Positions 1-13,030 of a stretch of DNA of 64,000 nucleotides are shown one piece after another. The translations under genes were made by a program, and so were the position numbers. The stretch is from NCBI RefSeq assembly GCF_001194135.2, contig NC_068992.1, positions 23,143,097 through 23,207,096 of the forward strand, in the 5' to 3' direction. The notes under the pieces are model-generated. The model did not search any database. It saw only the letters and a program-made list of their open reading frames with translations, and was not told where the DNA came from. Numbering within the stretch: position 1 is the first letter of the stretch; each line of letters begins with the position of its first letter. Origin of the DNA: Octopus bimaculoides (taxonomy: Eukaryota).

Positions 1-69
<69 letters not shown>
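1..69. repeat. (AC)n microsatellite
   Basis: Pure AC dinucleotide run at the window start. Confidence 0.95.
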
Positions 70-71
<2 letters not shown>

Positions 72-585
72 TATATATATACAAAATTTAAAAATATGAT
101 AATGATAAAGTGGCTAGCAAACATAACCAAAGTAAGCAAAATAAATATCATTAAATGTCAAGGCACAATATTCATCTGTGTGCTAGAAAGAAGAGTTAAA
201 ACTCTAAAACCACTCATCTCTCACAATATGTAAATACGAAGTCGTCCAATTTGTAAAACTACAAAGACGAGAGTAGATATCCCAGTATCAATTGATTGCG
301 CTTTTTGTGCCGAAAGACACTTAAAGCTCACCAGCTAGGCTTACTACGATTTCTTAGTATATTTGTTACATTCCCCCTGCTCGTTTACATACAGTGAGAT
401 GCGCGGCTTTGGAGTGCTTTAACTCTTATTTCTATCAAAGAGGTGCATATTGTAACCTGACTGTTCATAATATATACGTGTGTGTGCGTGCATGTATGTG
501 TGTGTTTTCGCGCGTGTGTGTATATATATACATATGTATGTATGTATGTATGTATGCATGTATGTATGTGTGTGTGCATGTACTG

Positions 586-1757
586 TATTGGCAAGAAAGT
601 AATTTCGTTTTTCGCAAATAAAGTTACGATGTTTTTGACTGACTTGTCACAGTGTTATGGTATTTTTTATTTTGACATTTGATAGTCATTACTATTAGCT
701 TATTTTGAGAACAAAATTGCGAGAAGCTTTGTTTACAGATGTTTCGCTTATTTTTTATTCTCGTAAAGGCAACAAAGCTGCTGAGGATCACAAAGAGATG
801 TGTGACGTTTATGGCGTAGGATTGCGTAACAGAAATCACATGTCAGAAATGGCTAAAAAAATTCCGTTCTCGAGATTTTTCGCTCAACGATGACCAACGT
901 TCTGGCCGACCTACTGAACATGATCATGACTGAATCAAAGCCATAATTTAATCTATTTGTCATATAACTGTGCGAGAGATTGCAGAGTGGTTAGATGTAT
1001 CACAATCTACAATTGAAAATCACTTATAATGTCTTGGACTCGTTAAGATGTTCTATATCTGGGTTCCACATAAATTGAAAAATATTCACTTAACACAACA
1101 AGTCAATACTACCGATATGCATCACTGGTAATGAAAATGGATTGTCTACAATAAAATCAATCAAAACCCATCATGGTCTATGCGTAATGAACCAGCACAA
1201 ACCACATAGAAAGAATTGCATAAAAAAGCGTTCATACAGTCAATTTAATAGGATTACATAGGCATTGTGTATCTTGAGCTGCTTCCAAGGAACCAAACGA
1301 TCAATTCCGGTGTTTACTGTCAACAACTAATGAAACTGAAAAACGGTCAGAGTTGGCTAATCGTAAAGGAATCGTGTTCAACCATGACAACACTAGACCA
1401 CACACATCTTTGCTAACACGTAAAAACTTCTTGAAGCTTGGTTAGGAAGTGATGTCACATCAATCAACTAACCCTGAACTGAAACCATCAGATTACTATT
1501 TATTTCGAAGTTTGCAAAATTCTATGAATGATAACATTTCCAATAGTGATGATGAGCTGAAATCGCACTTGCTTCAGTTTTTGGCTAATAAGGAATAGAA
1601 GTTCTATGAGCGTGGGATCATAAAGTTGGCAGATAGATGTCAAAGGCCATCAAACTAAACAGAAAATATATAATTGATAAATGTGCAGTCTTTGCATGAA
1701 AGAAAATGACTTTTATTTCACACTAAAATGCCGAAATTACTTTCAAGCCAACCCAAT
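586..1757 (+). mobile_element. Decayed near full-length mariner (Tc1/mariner, DD34D-type) transposon
   Basis: Broken transposase motifs: FYSRKGNKAAEDHKEMCDVYG (ORF 705-893), WVPHKL (~1060), ITGNE-W (~1120), GIVYLELLPRNQTINSGVYCQQLMKL (~1260), VFNHDNTRPH (~1375), PSDYYLFRSLQN (~1485). Degenerate TIRs: tattggcaagaaagtaatttcg at 586 versus ccgaaattactttcaagccaacccaat ending at 1757. Many stops and frameshifts. Confidence 0.88.
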
Positions 1758-2873
1758 GTATATGTGTGTGTGAGTGTGTGTGTGTGTGTGTGTATGTGTG
1801 TGTGTGTGTGTGTATGCAACAATAGGGGTAGTAGTATCCTCCGTTTGAGAATTTAAAATCACTTCTTTACACACACACGCGCGCGCGCATACACACACTC
1901 ACATATATATATGTATGTGTGTGTGTGTGTATGTGTGTGTGTGTGTGTGTGTATATGTATATATATATATATTGCATGTACGAATATATGTGGAGAATTG
2001 TGATCAATTGTATACTGTGGTAACGATGTATATATGTGTATCCAACATATGCATATGCGGATGTAATTTAGCCTGAAGGAAAAATCCATTTATTTATGAG
2101 ATTTTCTCTGGTATTTTATTCTCTTTGATGTGATCCATATGCATTCTCCTAGACGGGGTCCTCTTGGCTCTCATTTATTATATATATTTAATATGTAATT
2201 ACATATGATTACATATAGAAGCATACCAAGTTATGTCTCTATAGTACACTGACGTTTGGTATATTAATTGCCTCAAGGCAGTGTCATGACTCACAATTAA
2301 TCACTAATGTTATTTTGCAGTTGCCTCGCTCTTAACATTGCTGATTTTCTACTGCATGCAACACAGCATCTGTCATGGAACTTGTAACGAAGCAATGGGA
2401 GAACGACGAAGCGTTTTCTCTTCTACATACAAATGTGTTTTATATTTGTTAAGAAACCACAGTACAGTCACATGGAAAAAAACAAGAAAATATTACATTA
2501 AGTAACCCTAGATATTCAAACACACTGAGTATGAACATGAGGTAAACAAATTGCAGAGGGTTAAAATGAGGGGCTGCAAATTAATTTAGCTCATTCTATA
2601 ATAGACAAGTTTCAAAAAATGAAGGACTGTAGTTAGATCCACTGCTTTCAGCTAATATAGCGGCGGCCTACAAGCCTAACAAGGTGTAGTGGTGCTCGGT
2701 GTGCATATATAATTTAGGTATTAATCCCGTTCTAGATCTTCCTTCTAACAGCTATATATACATTTGTCCATCCATACATTCATCTATCCACCGGTTCTTC
2801 CATATATCTACTCACATGCACACAAACACACACATACACACACACACGCAGACACACTTATATGCATCTATCT

Positions 2874-2912
<39 letters not shown>

Positions 2913-4872
2913 NNNNNNNNNNNNNNNNNNNNNNNNNNNNNNNNNNNTATATGTGCATGCATATATAAATATTTAAAGCAGAAATATTAATTTAATTTCT
3001 GGGGAAATGCAATTTCCTATCGGTTCTTCGGAGATATGCGAAGGGATTATCAAACTGGAAGGAAGTTATAAAATCTGTGTAACCTTTAGTTAATCGTGTT
3101 ATGTCCAGAGGGAATTCTACAAAGTGGCCTGCCTACTATATATGGCACCAAATTGATGGGAATACAATAAAGTATCTTTGAAAAGATGTATTCTTCATAA
3201 ATGCATAATACAGAATATTTCAGTAAGAAACATTTTTGATCTCAAAGCTTGATTGCTGATATTTTGTTCTGAATAAATTTATAACACATTATGTTTCGAA
3301 AATCCATATATCCTGGCCTTTTACAAGGCGGTGCATCTCCTCAGAAATTATTAAATATATTATGAATAACTACTTAATAGCACTATCTAATTGAGTATAA
3401 TACATGAGGAATGCAAGTGTATATATCCCCATGTTATAATTTTATATTTTATATTAATTTACAAAGTCTACATGCCATTGACGAAAATATCCCGAACATC
3501 GATATTAATTGCTGTTTTCTGGTTAAGTGTTACGTATGTCCCTGGTTATAATGATACATTAAATATTCAAAAAAGGAGTTTCCGCGTAGAAGCTGAGATT
3601 AATAGGCAGAAGTACTATTATCGGATATTAAATCAATTGAAATATATTCCGGTGTATTTACTATGAATAGTAAATGCACATGGCACATGCATGTTTGATA
3701 TCTGCGCTTTTAGCTGCATACCATACTTGGATACTGAAATCATTACAATTTCATATCTTTATCACATTTCTATGTAGAACGTCTCCATGCCAATGTCCAC
3801 ATATTTGATACATATACCATCCGTACAATCCAAAATGTTAAAGCTTTAATATCGATGCACGATAAGGGACAGTAATACAATGAATATCGTATATAACTGC
3901 TTACCAAAATGGTTTAGGCATAGTCTGAATCCAAACTGATGCTACGTAATAACATAACGGAATATATAATGTAATGAGATATAGTTATTTTCCAAATATT
4001 ACAAGTAATTATAAACCTTGCTTTCAAAACATCTGGTATAGTATCTAAAATATTCAAAGAAAGGAAATCGAAAAATATTAAAAATCTATAAATATATAAC
4101 ACAATATCTACTGCATATTTCATTACTTTCAGGTTATTAATACACATAAAATTTTTGCATGAATTATCACTTAAGTAATTCTTCAGCAATTCAGTTGGAA
4201 ATATCGAGTCACCTATATCTAAGAATGGTTGTAAAGTATTTCATTTCTGGGACCAAACACACAAACCTTTTGAAATATGTCAACTGCCAAGGAAACCTGA
4301 GTAAGAGAAACATATATGCACATTAATATATATACAGTCACGAGTACTTTTATGTTATCTCTACATATATTCAATAGAATTTAGAGCCAGCAATAAAAGT
4401 TACGACGTTTTGTGTACCATCCTTCTATATAAACAATGTGATCGAAAACGGAAAAAAATAATAAAAATAACTTAATGTTTGCTAAATGAAATACAATGTC
4501 GCTACTAGCATTTTATATTCTGTACCAGTTGCCAGAAACATACTTAATGTGTAAATTGAAAAATTCAGTAGTGTTTCACCTTTAACCATTTTATTCAGGG
4601 ACAGTCAATAGGTTTGATGTTCTACAATACCTTCTAAAATATGTATATGCAACACTTACCTATCTGTCTTTCTTCCTTCGACTGACTTCTTTTCGTTGAT
4701 GCATTCGTGAATGAAACATTCTACCTTTTAGTGCTGCTTCTATCTGTGGAGATGACTGCTAACTCAATACAGCACAACATTGACTTATACACTTTTAATA
4801 AGCTTGGTAGGACATATGATTGCTAGTCAAAATACGGTATCCCCACTAGCAATTAATACACACACACACACA

Positions 4873-4916
<44 letters not shown>

Positions 4917-5139
4917 CAAGGATGCTACAAGTGGCACCAGCACGCTAAAAGATGGCAGCCAGAAGATGATTATAACCTCAAATTTCCACTGACACACATT
5001 ACTTGAAATCGGGGAAAAGTGCGGAAGTTCTAAGTCCTCCTAGCAATAATATCATTATTTATATATGTATATATAATATCCTTATATATATTTATATATA
5101 TATACATACACACCCACACCACCACAGATTTTTATATAT

Positions 5140-5665
5140 ATAAGTGGAGTTAAACGCAGGTATTATTCAAATACTTTTACTTCCGACATATGTTTCGAAG
5201 ACAACATTGGTATTATTCCTAAGGAATAAAATGGTGTAAAACAATGTAATGTTCTTATCAGAGAAAGAAAGAAAGAAACCAAACTCATCAATAGGAATTT
5301 TTAACAGAATGTGATGGATGTGTATAATGATGAACGGAATGCTATAAAGATATAACGTCAAAGGTAGCCTACAGCAAGACAAAGGGAAAAGGAAAGAAAT
5401 AAGCAGAAGACTAATAAAGGAGAAATATAGAGCAATATGTGAATTAAAATAAAAGCTTAAAGGCTTGGAAATAGATATGTCTAGTGGAAGTAAGTAAATG
5501 TTAGAAGAAAATCAATGTTCAAACTATATAGAATGGTAGATATCACTTATATAAACTAAAGGTATCTTTCTGCCAATGTTTACATCAATAAGCACGCTCT
5601 ATAAATGTGTTTACAAGGGAAGTCTTTGAAAAAATAATAGAAAATAGCTCACTATCAAATACACA

Positions 5666-5670
<5 letters not shown>
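5140..5670 (-). mobile_element. Penelope-like element 3' relic (endonuclease C-terminus, 3' UTR, decayed hammerhead)
   Basis: Minus-strand SELFSIIFSKTSLVNTFIERAY*CKHWQK resembles the PLE GIY-YIG tail (E..I.....LLN..E...C.H). It is followed by a pyrimidine-rich UTR and the HHR-like motif at 5181-5265. Confidence 0.5.
5181..5265 (-). ncRNA. Decayed minimal hammerhead ribozyme
   Basis: Minus strand: ttct-CTGATAA-[gaacatt...aatgttgtcttc]-GAAAC-ATAT-GTC-ggaa. Stem I and palindromic stem III (ACATATGT) are retained; core G8 is mutated to A. Confidence 0.5.
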
Positions 5671-5706
<36 letters not shown>

Positions 5707-8413
5707 TATATACATGATTATTTATAGGCTTCAGTAATGCATCGCAGCATATGTTTCTACATCGCACACCAACCTCAAGTAAACATTGTTCATATTCAAA
5801 TGATATTATTTAAGATTACTCTTAATAATTATGAATTCGAAAGTTTCTCAGTATTTCAGGTTGTGCATTAGAAAATCTTTGCCAGCCAGATTTCCTGACT
5901 TTATGGACATCCACTCAATACAAGTGATGAAGTAATTCTTAATATCTTTTAATGCGTATATATATTAAAAAAACTATATATGGTTTACCCTATATCGCTA
6001 AATATAACGTGAAAGCACATTGAAAATGGGGACAATTATCTGTGAATGTCAAGAAAATTATTAGTTTCCTGCTCTACTTTTAGTAAACAGTGTGGGGCAT
6101 TAATCATAGCATTGCTGAACAACTTTGTTCGCAAATACCAGACAATTCCTAAATTGTCATTAACTACAATAATGTATGAATAACATTCAGGCAGAACTTG
6201 CAGGAATGAATCTGATTGCAACAGGGATGGTGAAATCTCCCTAGACGGTCCGACCTCTAGGACTTTTCATTGAAATATAGCCTAAATTTTAGTAAAACCT
6301 CGCCATTTGAAATACATTTTCGCTTCTTACTACTATGTATCTGATTATACGTAGGTAGACTGCAATCTTTAAACGATTCTAATTTTCTATTGATATAACT
6401 GAACGTCAGTCGCAAATTAGCGAAAGACGTCATTTTGATTCATGCTCTGCTTTTCTGGAATCTCACCAAATAATATGAATATTTGTTTTGATAACTAAAA
6501 TATAATTACACTGTACATGTATATAAAGGAGAAGGTATTGTACCCTTTTATGCTCGTTTTGAGATGAATTCGCGAGTCAAATAAATCTCTATTTTGTATT
6601 CAACATAATCCTCGTCACTGCAAATGTTAATCTTATTCGAAATTTCCAAATGCAGCGTCAATGGAAGAATAAATGTTTTTCTACAACTGAATGTGACAAT
6701 TACCAGGTATACGTTTACTTACAGCCGAACATACAATCAATTGTAGCTTGTAGATGAAGTAACAAACGTTGCAATAAGGTATGCAGAGGGGTAGAATCAC
6801 TGTTTCTAAAGACTTTTGTTCTGTAAGTGTAACGCGAAGTGTCAGATCGTTAGCCGGGAGGAATGATAAATGTGTTTGCATTGATAGTAATTACGGTGGC
6901 AGTATATTTCAAGAGTTGCAGCTAAGATGTGTCCGCAAATTTTTAGATATTTTTGGCAAAATATTTGTTATGTTAACTACATTATTGCAAAGTAGGATTG
7001 GCTGCAGGTTATGCAATAGCCGAAGCTATATTTCATTCTCATGATGGATTACTTACATGTTGAATTTGATGCATTCTATACATAACACATCATAGAGTAG
7101 AACAGTGTTGTTTAGGTGATATGAGAACAATTCCAGTTAACTAACTCGCTGACTAGGATTGGACATTTTGTAAGAGCAAGCAACGTATTTCTATTACTTG
7201 CTACTTCTTTTTTCAAATGGTTATATCGATGACCTGCAAAGAATTTTATGAGACATTTCGATCTAAGTTATAGGATTGATATAAAAGGATATTCTTCGAC
7301 CAAGACTTATTAATTCTTGCAATCAATGATTTCATAATCTATGGATAAAAATAATAAATCCTTAAATATTTGGACTGATACAGCATTGTCACAATTTTGA
7401 ACTTAGATATGTTTTTATAACCATCGCGGTTATGTTGCTGTCAACTTTGAAATACCAGAAATATTTTAGGGAAAGTATATATGATAGTAAGGTATTTGAA
7501 ATTATCACTCGCTTGTCAGTGTTTGTGACATATTTTAGTACTTGAAATCCGATTATATATTAAAGAAAGACTGGCATAGAAAGGCAACAGGGTGACGCCG
7601 TTAATAAGAAAGGTTGGGTAGGTAAAAGAGGAGACTGAAGTATTGTATCTGAATAAACCGGAAACTAAGCTAAGTTTGGAGAATTTAATAGAGATCAACA
7701 TTACTTATAGGCAAGACAAGAAAAAGTTAGAAAGTAAAAAATGAGAGAATGAAAACGAAAATGTGAAAAGGTGAAAATGATTTAACGATGAAAAATAAAA
7801 TAGTGTGAAAGGGTGACACTTTAATAGATTACATAAGCTTCAAATATCCCAGCGAAGAAGATTTTGGAATAATGCTGAAAGAATATAAATATATATACCA
7901 AAAAAGTTCAAAACTTCCAAAAAGTTCTCAGAGAATTCTCTACGAATCTCGAAAATTATTTTTTGTTGTTGTTTTTCTATGGCGTCAGAGTAATTAAGTT
8001 GTAGAGATCGTTGTAGCTTTTGCAGAACTTCAATGTGTTCCAGTTTTAAAGTTATAAAGTTTAACAGTTTTAAAGTTTTAATCTTTTGCTAAAGATGATA
8101 TTAATGAGCTGAGAAATTATTCGAAATTAGACAAATTGAAATATTTTCCAGAGTATTTGCCACGGACACAAGATGTCTGCATAACATACATGGCCAATAA
8201 ATTTAAGTAGTCAATAGAATAGAATACATGTCCAGTATTTAAGAAGCCAATAGAATAAAATACACGCTTCACTTATTAAAAATGAAATAATTGTCGACAC
8301 ACATACATACAACATTATACATATGTGCACCGACACTATTCGTACTAAACTATAATGTGTACATTTTTCCTGCACATGTAGACGCCTGTGATATAAAAAA
8401 TAAATACAATGAT

Positions 8414-8620
8414 ATCGGTTTCAAATATTTGCATACGGGTAGAAATTGTGGAGGAGATTGCAAGTTCATTTCATCCACCCTTGTTCAACTGGTACTTACT
8501 TTATCGACCCCGAAAATATTAAAGGCAAAGTAGTCCCCCGGCGACATTTGCACGCAGAACGTATAGCCGGAATAACTGCGGCTAAACATTTTTTCCGCGT
8601 GGTAATTGTTCTGCCAGCAC
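8414..8620 (-). mobile_element. tRNA-derived SINE family A, diverged copy
   Basis: Reverse complement matches the family A body (ggtacttactttatcgaccccgaaa...aaaggcaaag) and head (ctgccagc). Confidence 0.7.
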
Positions 8621-9454
8621 ACTTGTCACTTTAAAAGAAATACATAGATATTGCAAGTGCAATATTTCTTTATGCATGTCAACTGTCGAACAAACAGGGA
8701 GGTGGAAACAAGCTGTGGATTCAACAAATGATTCGCTATCCGCTTACCAAATACTAAATGCGTTTATTAGACAAGTTAGAAGCTTCAAGTTTCTATTTCA
8801 AAGAATGATCTATAAAGCAAATGAACTTACCACAGTAAATCATCGTTTAATAGTTCTTTGCAATGTAGTCCAATCTCTTTCAGATGGCGTAGCTGTTGTT
8901 AAATACTCTAGGTTTCAAAAACAAAACATGATATTTACGCTTTAGAGATTTCGATAAAAAATATACATTTAGAAAATAATTATTACGATTCTAGATTAAT
9001 GTAGAATATTTGCTATTATAGTTAAAGTTCATTTATTGCTAGAAGGAATTATATTCTTTAAATGTATATTCACGTTTAATCATTTTAGAATATACGGGAT
9101 TAAAAAACGCTAAAAGTTTATGTAATATTCTTATTACATTACTATTATAACATATCCACCAGTGGTGCTTACTGTATTATATCTCTCCATATCGTGCTCA
9201 ATATCTAGATGTTTCCTATTCTGGTTTGAATTTCGTACCTCCTCTTCTCTTGTGCATTCGCCGCATAATAATCATTTAATATTATTTTTTATATATTTTC
9301 TCGTTACAAATTAAACCATAGCATAGGCCTAAAGTCAATGATATTTTGATCCCTTTATTAACGATACAATAGACATTCATGATGAAGAGTTTAAAGCATG
9401 TGCAATGCTAAATCTCATCATTGTTTATCAAGACTAATAATTAGGAGATGCCAG

Positions 9455-9545
9455 TCAATTACATTGGATTCTGTACTCAATGGTATCTTATTTTATCGAC
9501 TCCGAAGGGAGGAAACGAACGTTGATCTTGCCGGCATTCGCTCTT
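9455..9545 (-). mobile_element. SINE family A fragment
   Basis: ggtatcttattttatcgactccgaagggagg matches the central domain seen in the other copies. Confidence 0.5.
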
Positions 9546-11322
9546 ATTACCTGAAGAGCCAGGAGACATGAAACCAAGCAGCTTGGCATACTATTGATTC
9601 TGTCTGCTCACCTTCGTAATATACATGATAAATTGAATAATTTCAAACAGAGTTATATACACATGTTAAATTCGCCGATAAAAATCCTGAGTTCTCTTCT
9701 GGTTGGATATACTTTCGAAGGATTACTAGGAATATAATATAATCGTTTCAACAAGCTGCCATTTGGCTAAATTCTACAGCATACACATTTCGCTTCAATA
9801 TTTCAGTTATTTTCAGAGGAATTGTCAAATAGTTTGATCGATTTTCTGCAGAGCGTAAGACTTATATAAGCACAATTCAAAACCATATATTTCATGAAGT
9901 GCATGTTAGGTGCGTATGATAGACGGAGGAGGTTGTTTTTCTCCACTACAATCCATGTATCAACCATAGGAGTAATTTCTTTATGGAGCATAAATAACTG
10001 CCGGAATTCCATGTGTATAGAGAAACCAAAACAAGTATTATTATTTTCTGAATACAACATACGCCAAGATCCTTATCGTATTGTCAAGTTTCATATTTAC
10101 TTTTTTATTGTTATTTTATGTAACAATTCTTTTGTTGCATAATAATTCAATTAGAGAATAAGTATTTTACTCCATAAAATGGCAAGTATTTCCAGATAAT
10201 GCGTGACAAAAATGAGAATAACGTGTTATTCTTAGCGGTGAATCAGTAATACATAATGATTGGGAGTTTATGCATTTTGAATCTATATCATCTCCTCGAA
10301 ATCTAAACGAGTTATAAAACAAATATATCTCACTGCTCTATCATTCCATAATAGCAGCCAATAAAAACAGCGTCGAATACAATGATACAACTACAGTTGT
10401 TTCTTTCAACCTATATTAATTCCAACACAGCATTCTTAAGTTCTTGAAATATATGTGAAAATGCGTAATTAAAATGTCATTATGACATACGCGTGAGAAG
10501 AGAAAAAAATTATAATATAATTTTAAAGGAAGCAACATGCGGTCTATGATGCAGTAGATTCTATTTTTATTACCAGAAATAACGATGTGTTTGCTTCTTC
10601 CATCCTTAAATAAAGAGAAATACATAGAGTTATAACTGTAGCACTTCTTTTCCTTCTCTGTCTATCTTATATCGCTCTCTTGTCTATGGATACACATTCA
10701 TACATACACAGGCGTGCAGATATGTGCGCACTAGCACGAACGCAGATGCATTTACATAATAGCTTAGATGTAAATGTGGTGCATGCATTATAATTATAAT
10801 ACAATACTAATTATGTTATTAGGGTATGTTCGTAATAATGCAGCTGTAAACATGACTGCATGATATAAGGTTTTTGAAGCAGAATACATCAACGAATACA
10901 ACTGTTACAGGAATATTTTAGTGAACTCTAATGAAAGAGATAAACATTGGCAAATGACTGAAAGACCCAAGTTCAATATCTATTATTTTGATAACCACCT
11001 CTAGGCGATACAGTGTGTCCCCAAGCATAGGAGGAAAATATATAACAAGATTCATAGATTAAGTATTAATATTAGAAATTATAACACAGGGTAAGTAAAG
11101 AAATTACAGTTAAACGTGCAGAATCCTATTTACAAAGCTTAGATTATAATTGCAATGAATAAAATAAAGGATAAACATTATTTCTCTGGAATTAGTATGC
11201 AAGTTGTGACTTTTCTAGGAAATCGATTGATTTTCGAAAAGTCTCTCTGCGCCTTTTTTTTCTTTTTTTTTTATACGTTTTCGATCATGAAATATTTTAC
11301 GTTGTCAGAATATCATGTCGTT

Positions 11323-11540
11323 AGGGCGGCGAGCTGGCAGAACCGTGAGCACACCGGGCGAAATGCTGAGTGGTATTTCGTCTGCCTTTACGTTATGAGT
11401 TCAAATTCTCCTGAGGTTGATTTTACCTTTCATCCTTTTGGGCTGGACAAATTAAGAACAGTTGCATACTGGGATCGATCTAATCGACTGGCCCCCTCTC
11501 CCAAAATTTTGGGCCTTGTGCCTGGGGTAGAAAAGAATAT
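11323..11540 (+). mobile_element. tRNA-derived SINE family A, full length
   Basis: Head ggcggcgagctggcagaa with B-box-like gagttcaaatt; central domain gaggttgattttacctttcatccttttggg (resembles the Meta/MESC SINE domain, from recall); tail ccccctctcccaaaattttgggccttgtgcc. Confidence 0.85.
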
Positions 11541-12054
11541 CAACACTGCTCTCCTCGTGGTACTCTTCCATACGTGATAATTCTCTACAACCTGTTTCAT
11601 GATTTCCGTAATCATGGTAATGAATCAAATAAGAGTTTCAATAGTTGGAATTCTTTCAATTATTACTTTTTCTGAAATGCTTCCTTTAATCTCATTTTGT
11701 TTGTATTACTTGTGCTATTCGTTGCTCTTCAACATAAGCTCTTACAATGACATTGTGATTTTAGCTCCAAATTTTCTCAATGGAACATTCCGCACACCAT
11801 TCATTGACTAAGTTCAATGATAACATCCCCGTCTGTTAGAGACATTTCTTAATGAAAGTCCAGTAAACCTTTTAATGGTTCAGTCTATAATTTCTATTAC
11901 ACAGTGTTCTTGCATTTATCGGTTGCTTCAACTTTTCCTAATTTGATATTTTAAAGATGCATTCATGAGTCTTTTTCAAAATATATTTGGTACCAAACTT
12001 TTCAACAACAGTGTCAGCATTTGCGTGCCAACATGGCCAAAATACATCATTAAA

Positions 12055-12590
12055 GCATAAGTTGAAATCAAAACAGGAATAGGCAAAGCTAAGTCAGTAT
12101 TCGAACGCCTTCGACTAACATGAAAACTGAAGTCCATCAATGAGACGATATGCTGTAGCGATCCTCATTCATCGTTATAACAACAAAACCTACGCTGCAG
12201 ACATCATGAGGAAGACAGCGAAGATATCTCAAATGTTCCTTGAGCTCCATCAACACTGCTTACATTCCATACTCGATATCTCTTCGTGAGAAACGAATAG
12301 GCCATGAGGAGAGTTGGCATAGAAAGTATGTAGAACAAATTTAATAAGCTGCAGATATGGCTTACTGGCCATTTGCTTCGATTAACAGAGGAGATATATG
12401 TTTTGATCTTAATGGTGAGAAAGCCGGAATGAGGAAAATACCGAAATAGAAATCCATAGAGACGTGCTTCACTGATTTCCGGAACAACTTCACGGCGATG
12501 GGAGTTAGCTTCAATGAAGCGAGAAGGAACGTGAACAATCGGGACGTTTGGACAATGTTGGTTGACGGTTGCACTGACATCTAAGAGCAA
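12055..12590 (+). mobile_element. RTE-clade LINE 3' fragment (RT C-terminal region), decayed
   Basis: Broken peptides EIKTGIGKAKSVFERL, FLELHQHCLHSILDIS, QIWLTGHLLRL and NNRDVWTMLVDG follow the RTE pattern (IKxRIGKAxxAF, FHxRCLRxIL, LRWxGHxxR, DRxxWRxLV). Confidence 0.6.
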
Positions 12591-12704
12591 ATAAACACAC
12601 ACACATGTTTATATATATTTGATACATGTACCTGAGATAGACTAATAGATACGTATATGCATGCATATGTATATGCACACACACACTCACACACATATGT
12701 ATGT

Positions 12705-13030
12705 ATGTATTATTTATTTAAAGGTCAAAATACACGTATTAAAGTGCTACTATAGTTTCATATGTTGAGAAAACTGAAACATATTCTTCAGGCGCAACCA
12801 CGTATTATAACGAACTAAAGAAACTGAATAATCGAAGAAACGCCAAAGAACTGAGAAGGCAGCCTATAGAAAACGAAAACAATAAACAATGGAAACTGAA
12901 ATTTAAAGAATAAAAAGTGAAAAGTTAAAAGAGCTATCCTCATTAGACCTTAAATAATAAGGCTGCAAAGATATCAAATTAGTCAGGAATAGGCAGAGTT
13001 TTTCAAGTCTTCAAAATATATTTATACATA
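12705..13030 (-). mobile_element. Short PLE-type (pseudo-LTR-like) remnant carrying an HHR
   Basis: The minus strand is pyrimidine-rich upstream of an HHR and ends in a TA/TG microsatellite, the same layout as the PLE tail at 57520-58471. Boundaries are approximate. Confidence 0.45.
12744..12795 (-). ncRNA. Minimal type I hammerhead ribozyme, intact catalytic core
   Basis: Minus strand: gcgc-CTGAAGA-atatgtt(tcagttttctc)aacatat-GAAAC-TATA-GTA-gcac. Perfect 7-bp stem II, palindromic stem III ACTATAGT, GUA cleavage triplet, and stem I with one mismatch. Confidence 0.85.

Noticed and set aside
2321-6230. Short Cys-containing plus-strand exon candidates (ASLLTLLIFYCMQHSICHGTCNEAMG; GCALENLCQPD; GRTCRNESDCNRDG)
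   Set aside because: Weak or missing donors, in-frame stops nearby and no recognisable family; such pieces are expected by chance in AT-rich DNA.
9545-9600. CTGAAGA...GAAAC with a hairpin, as an HHR
   Set aside because: No stem II pairing, GCA instead of a GUH triplet, and no stem I.
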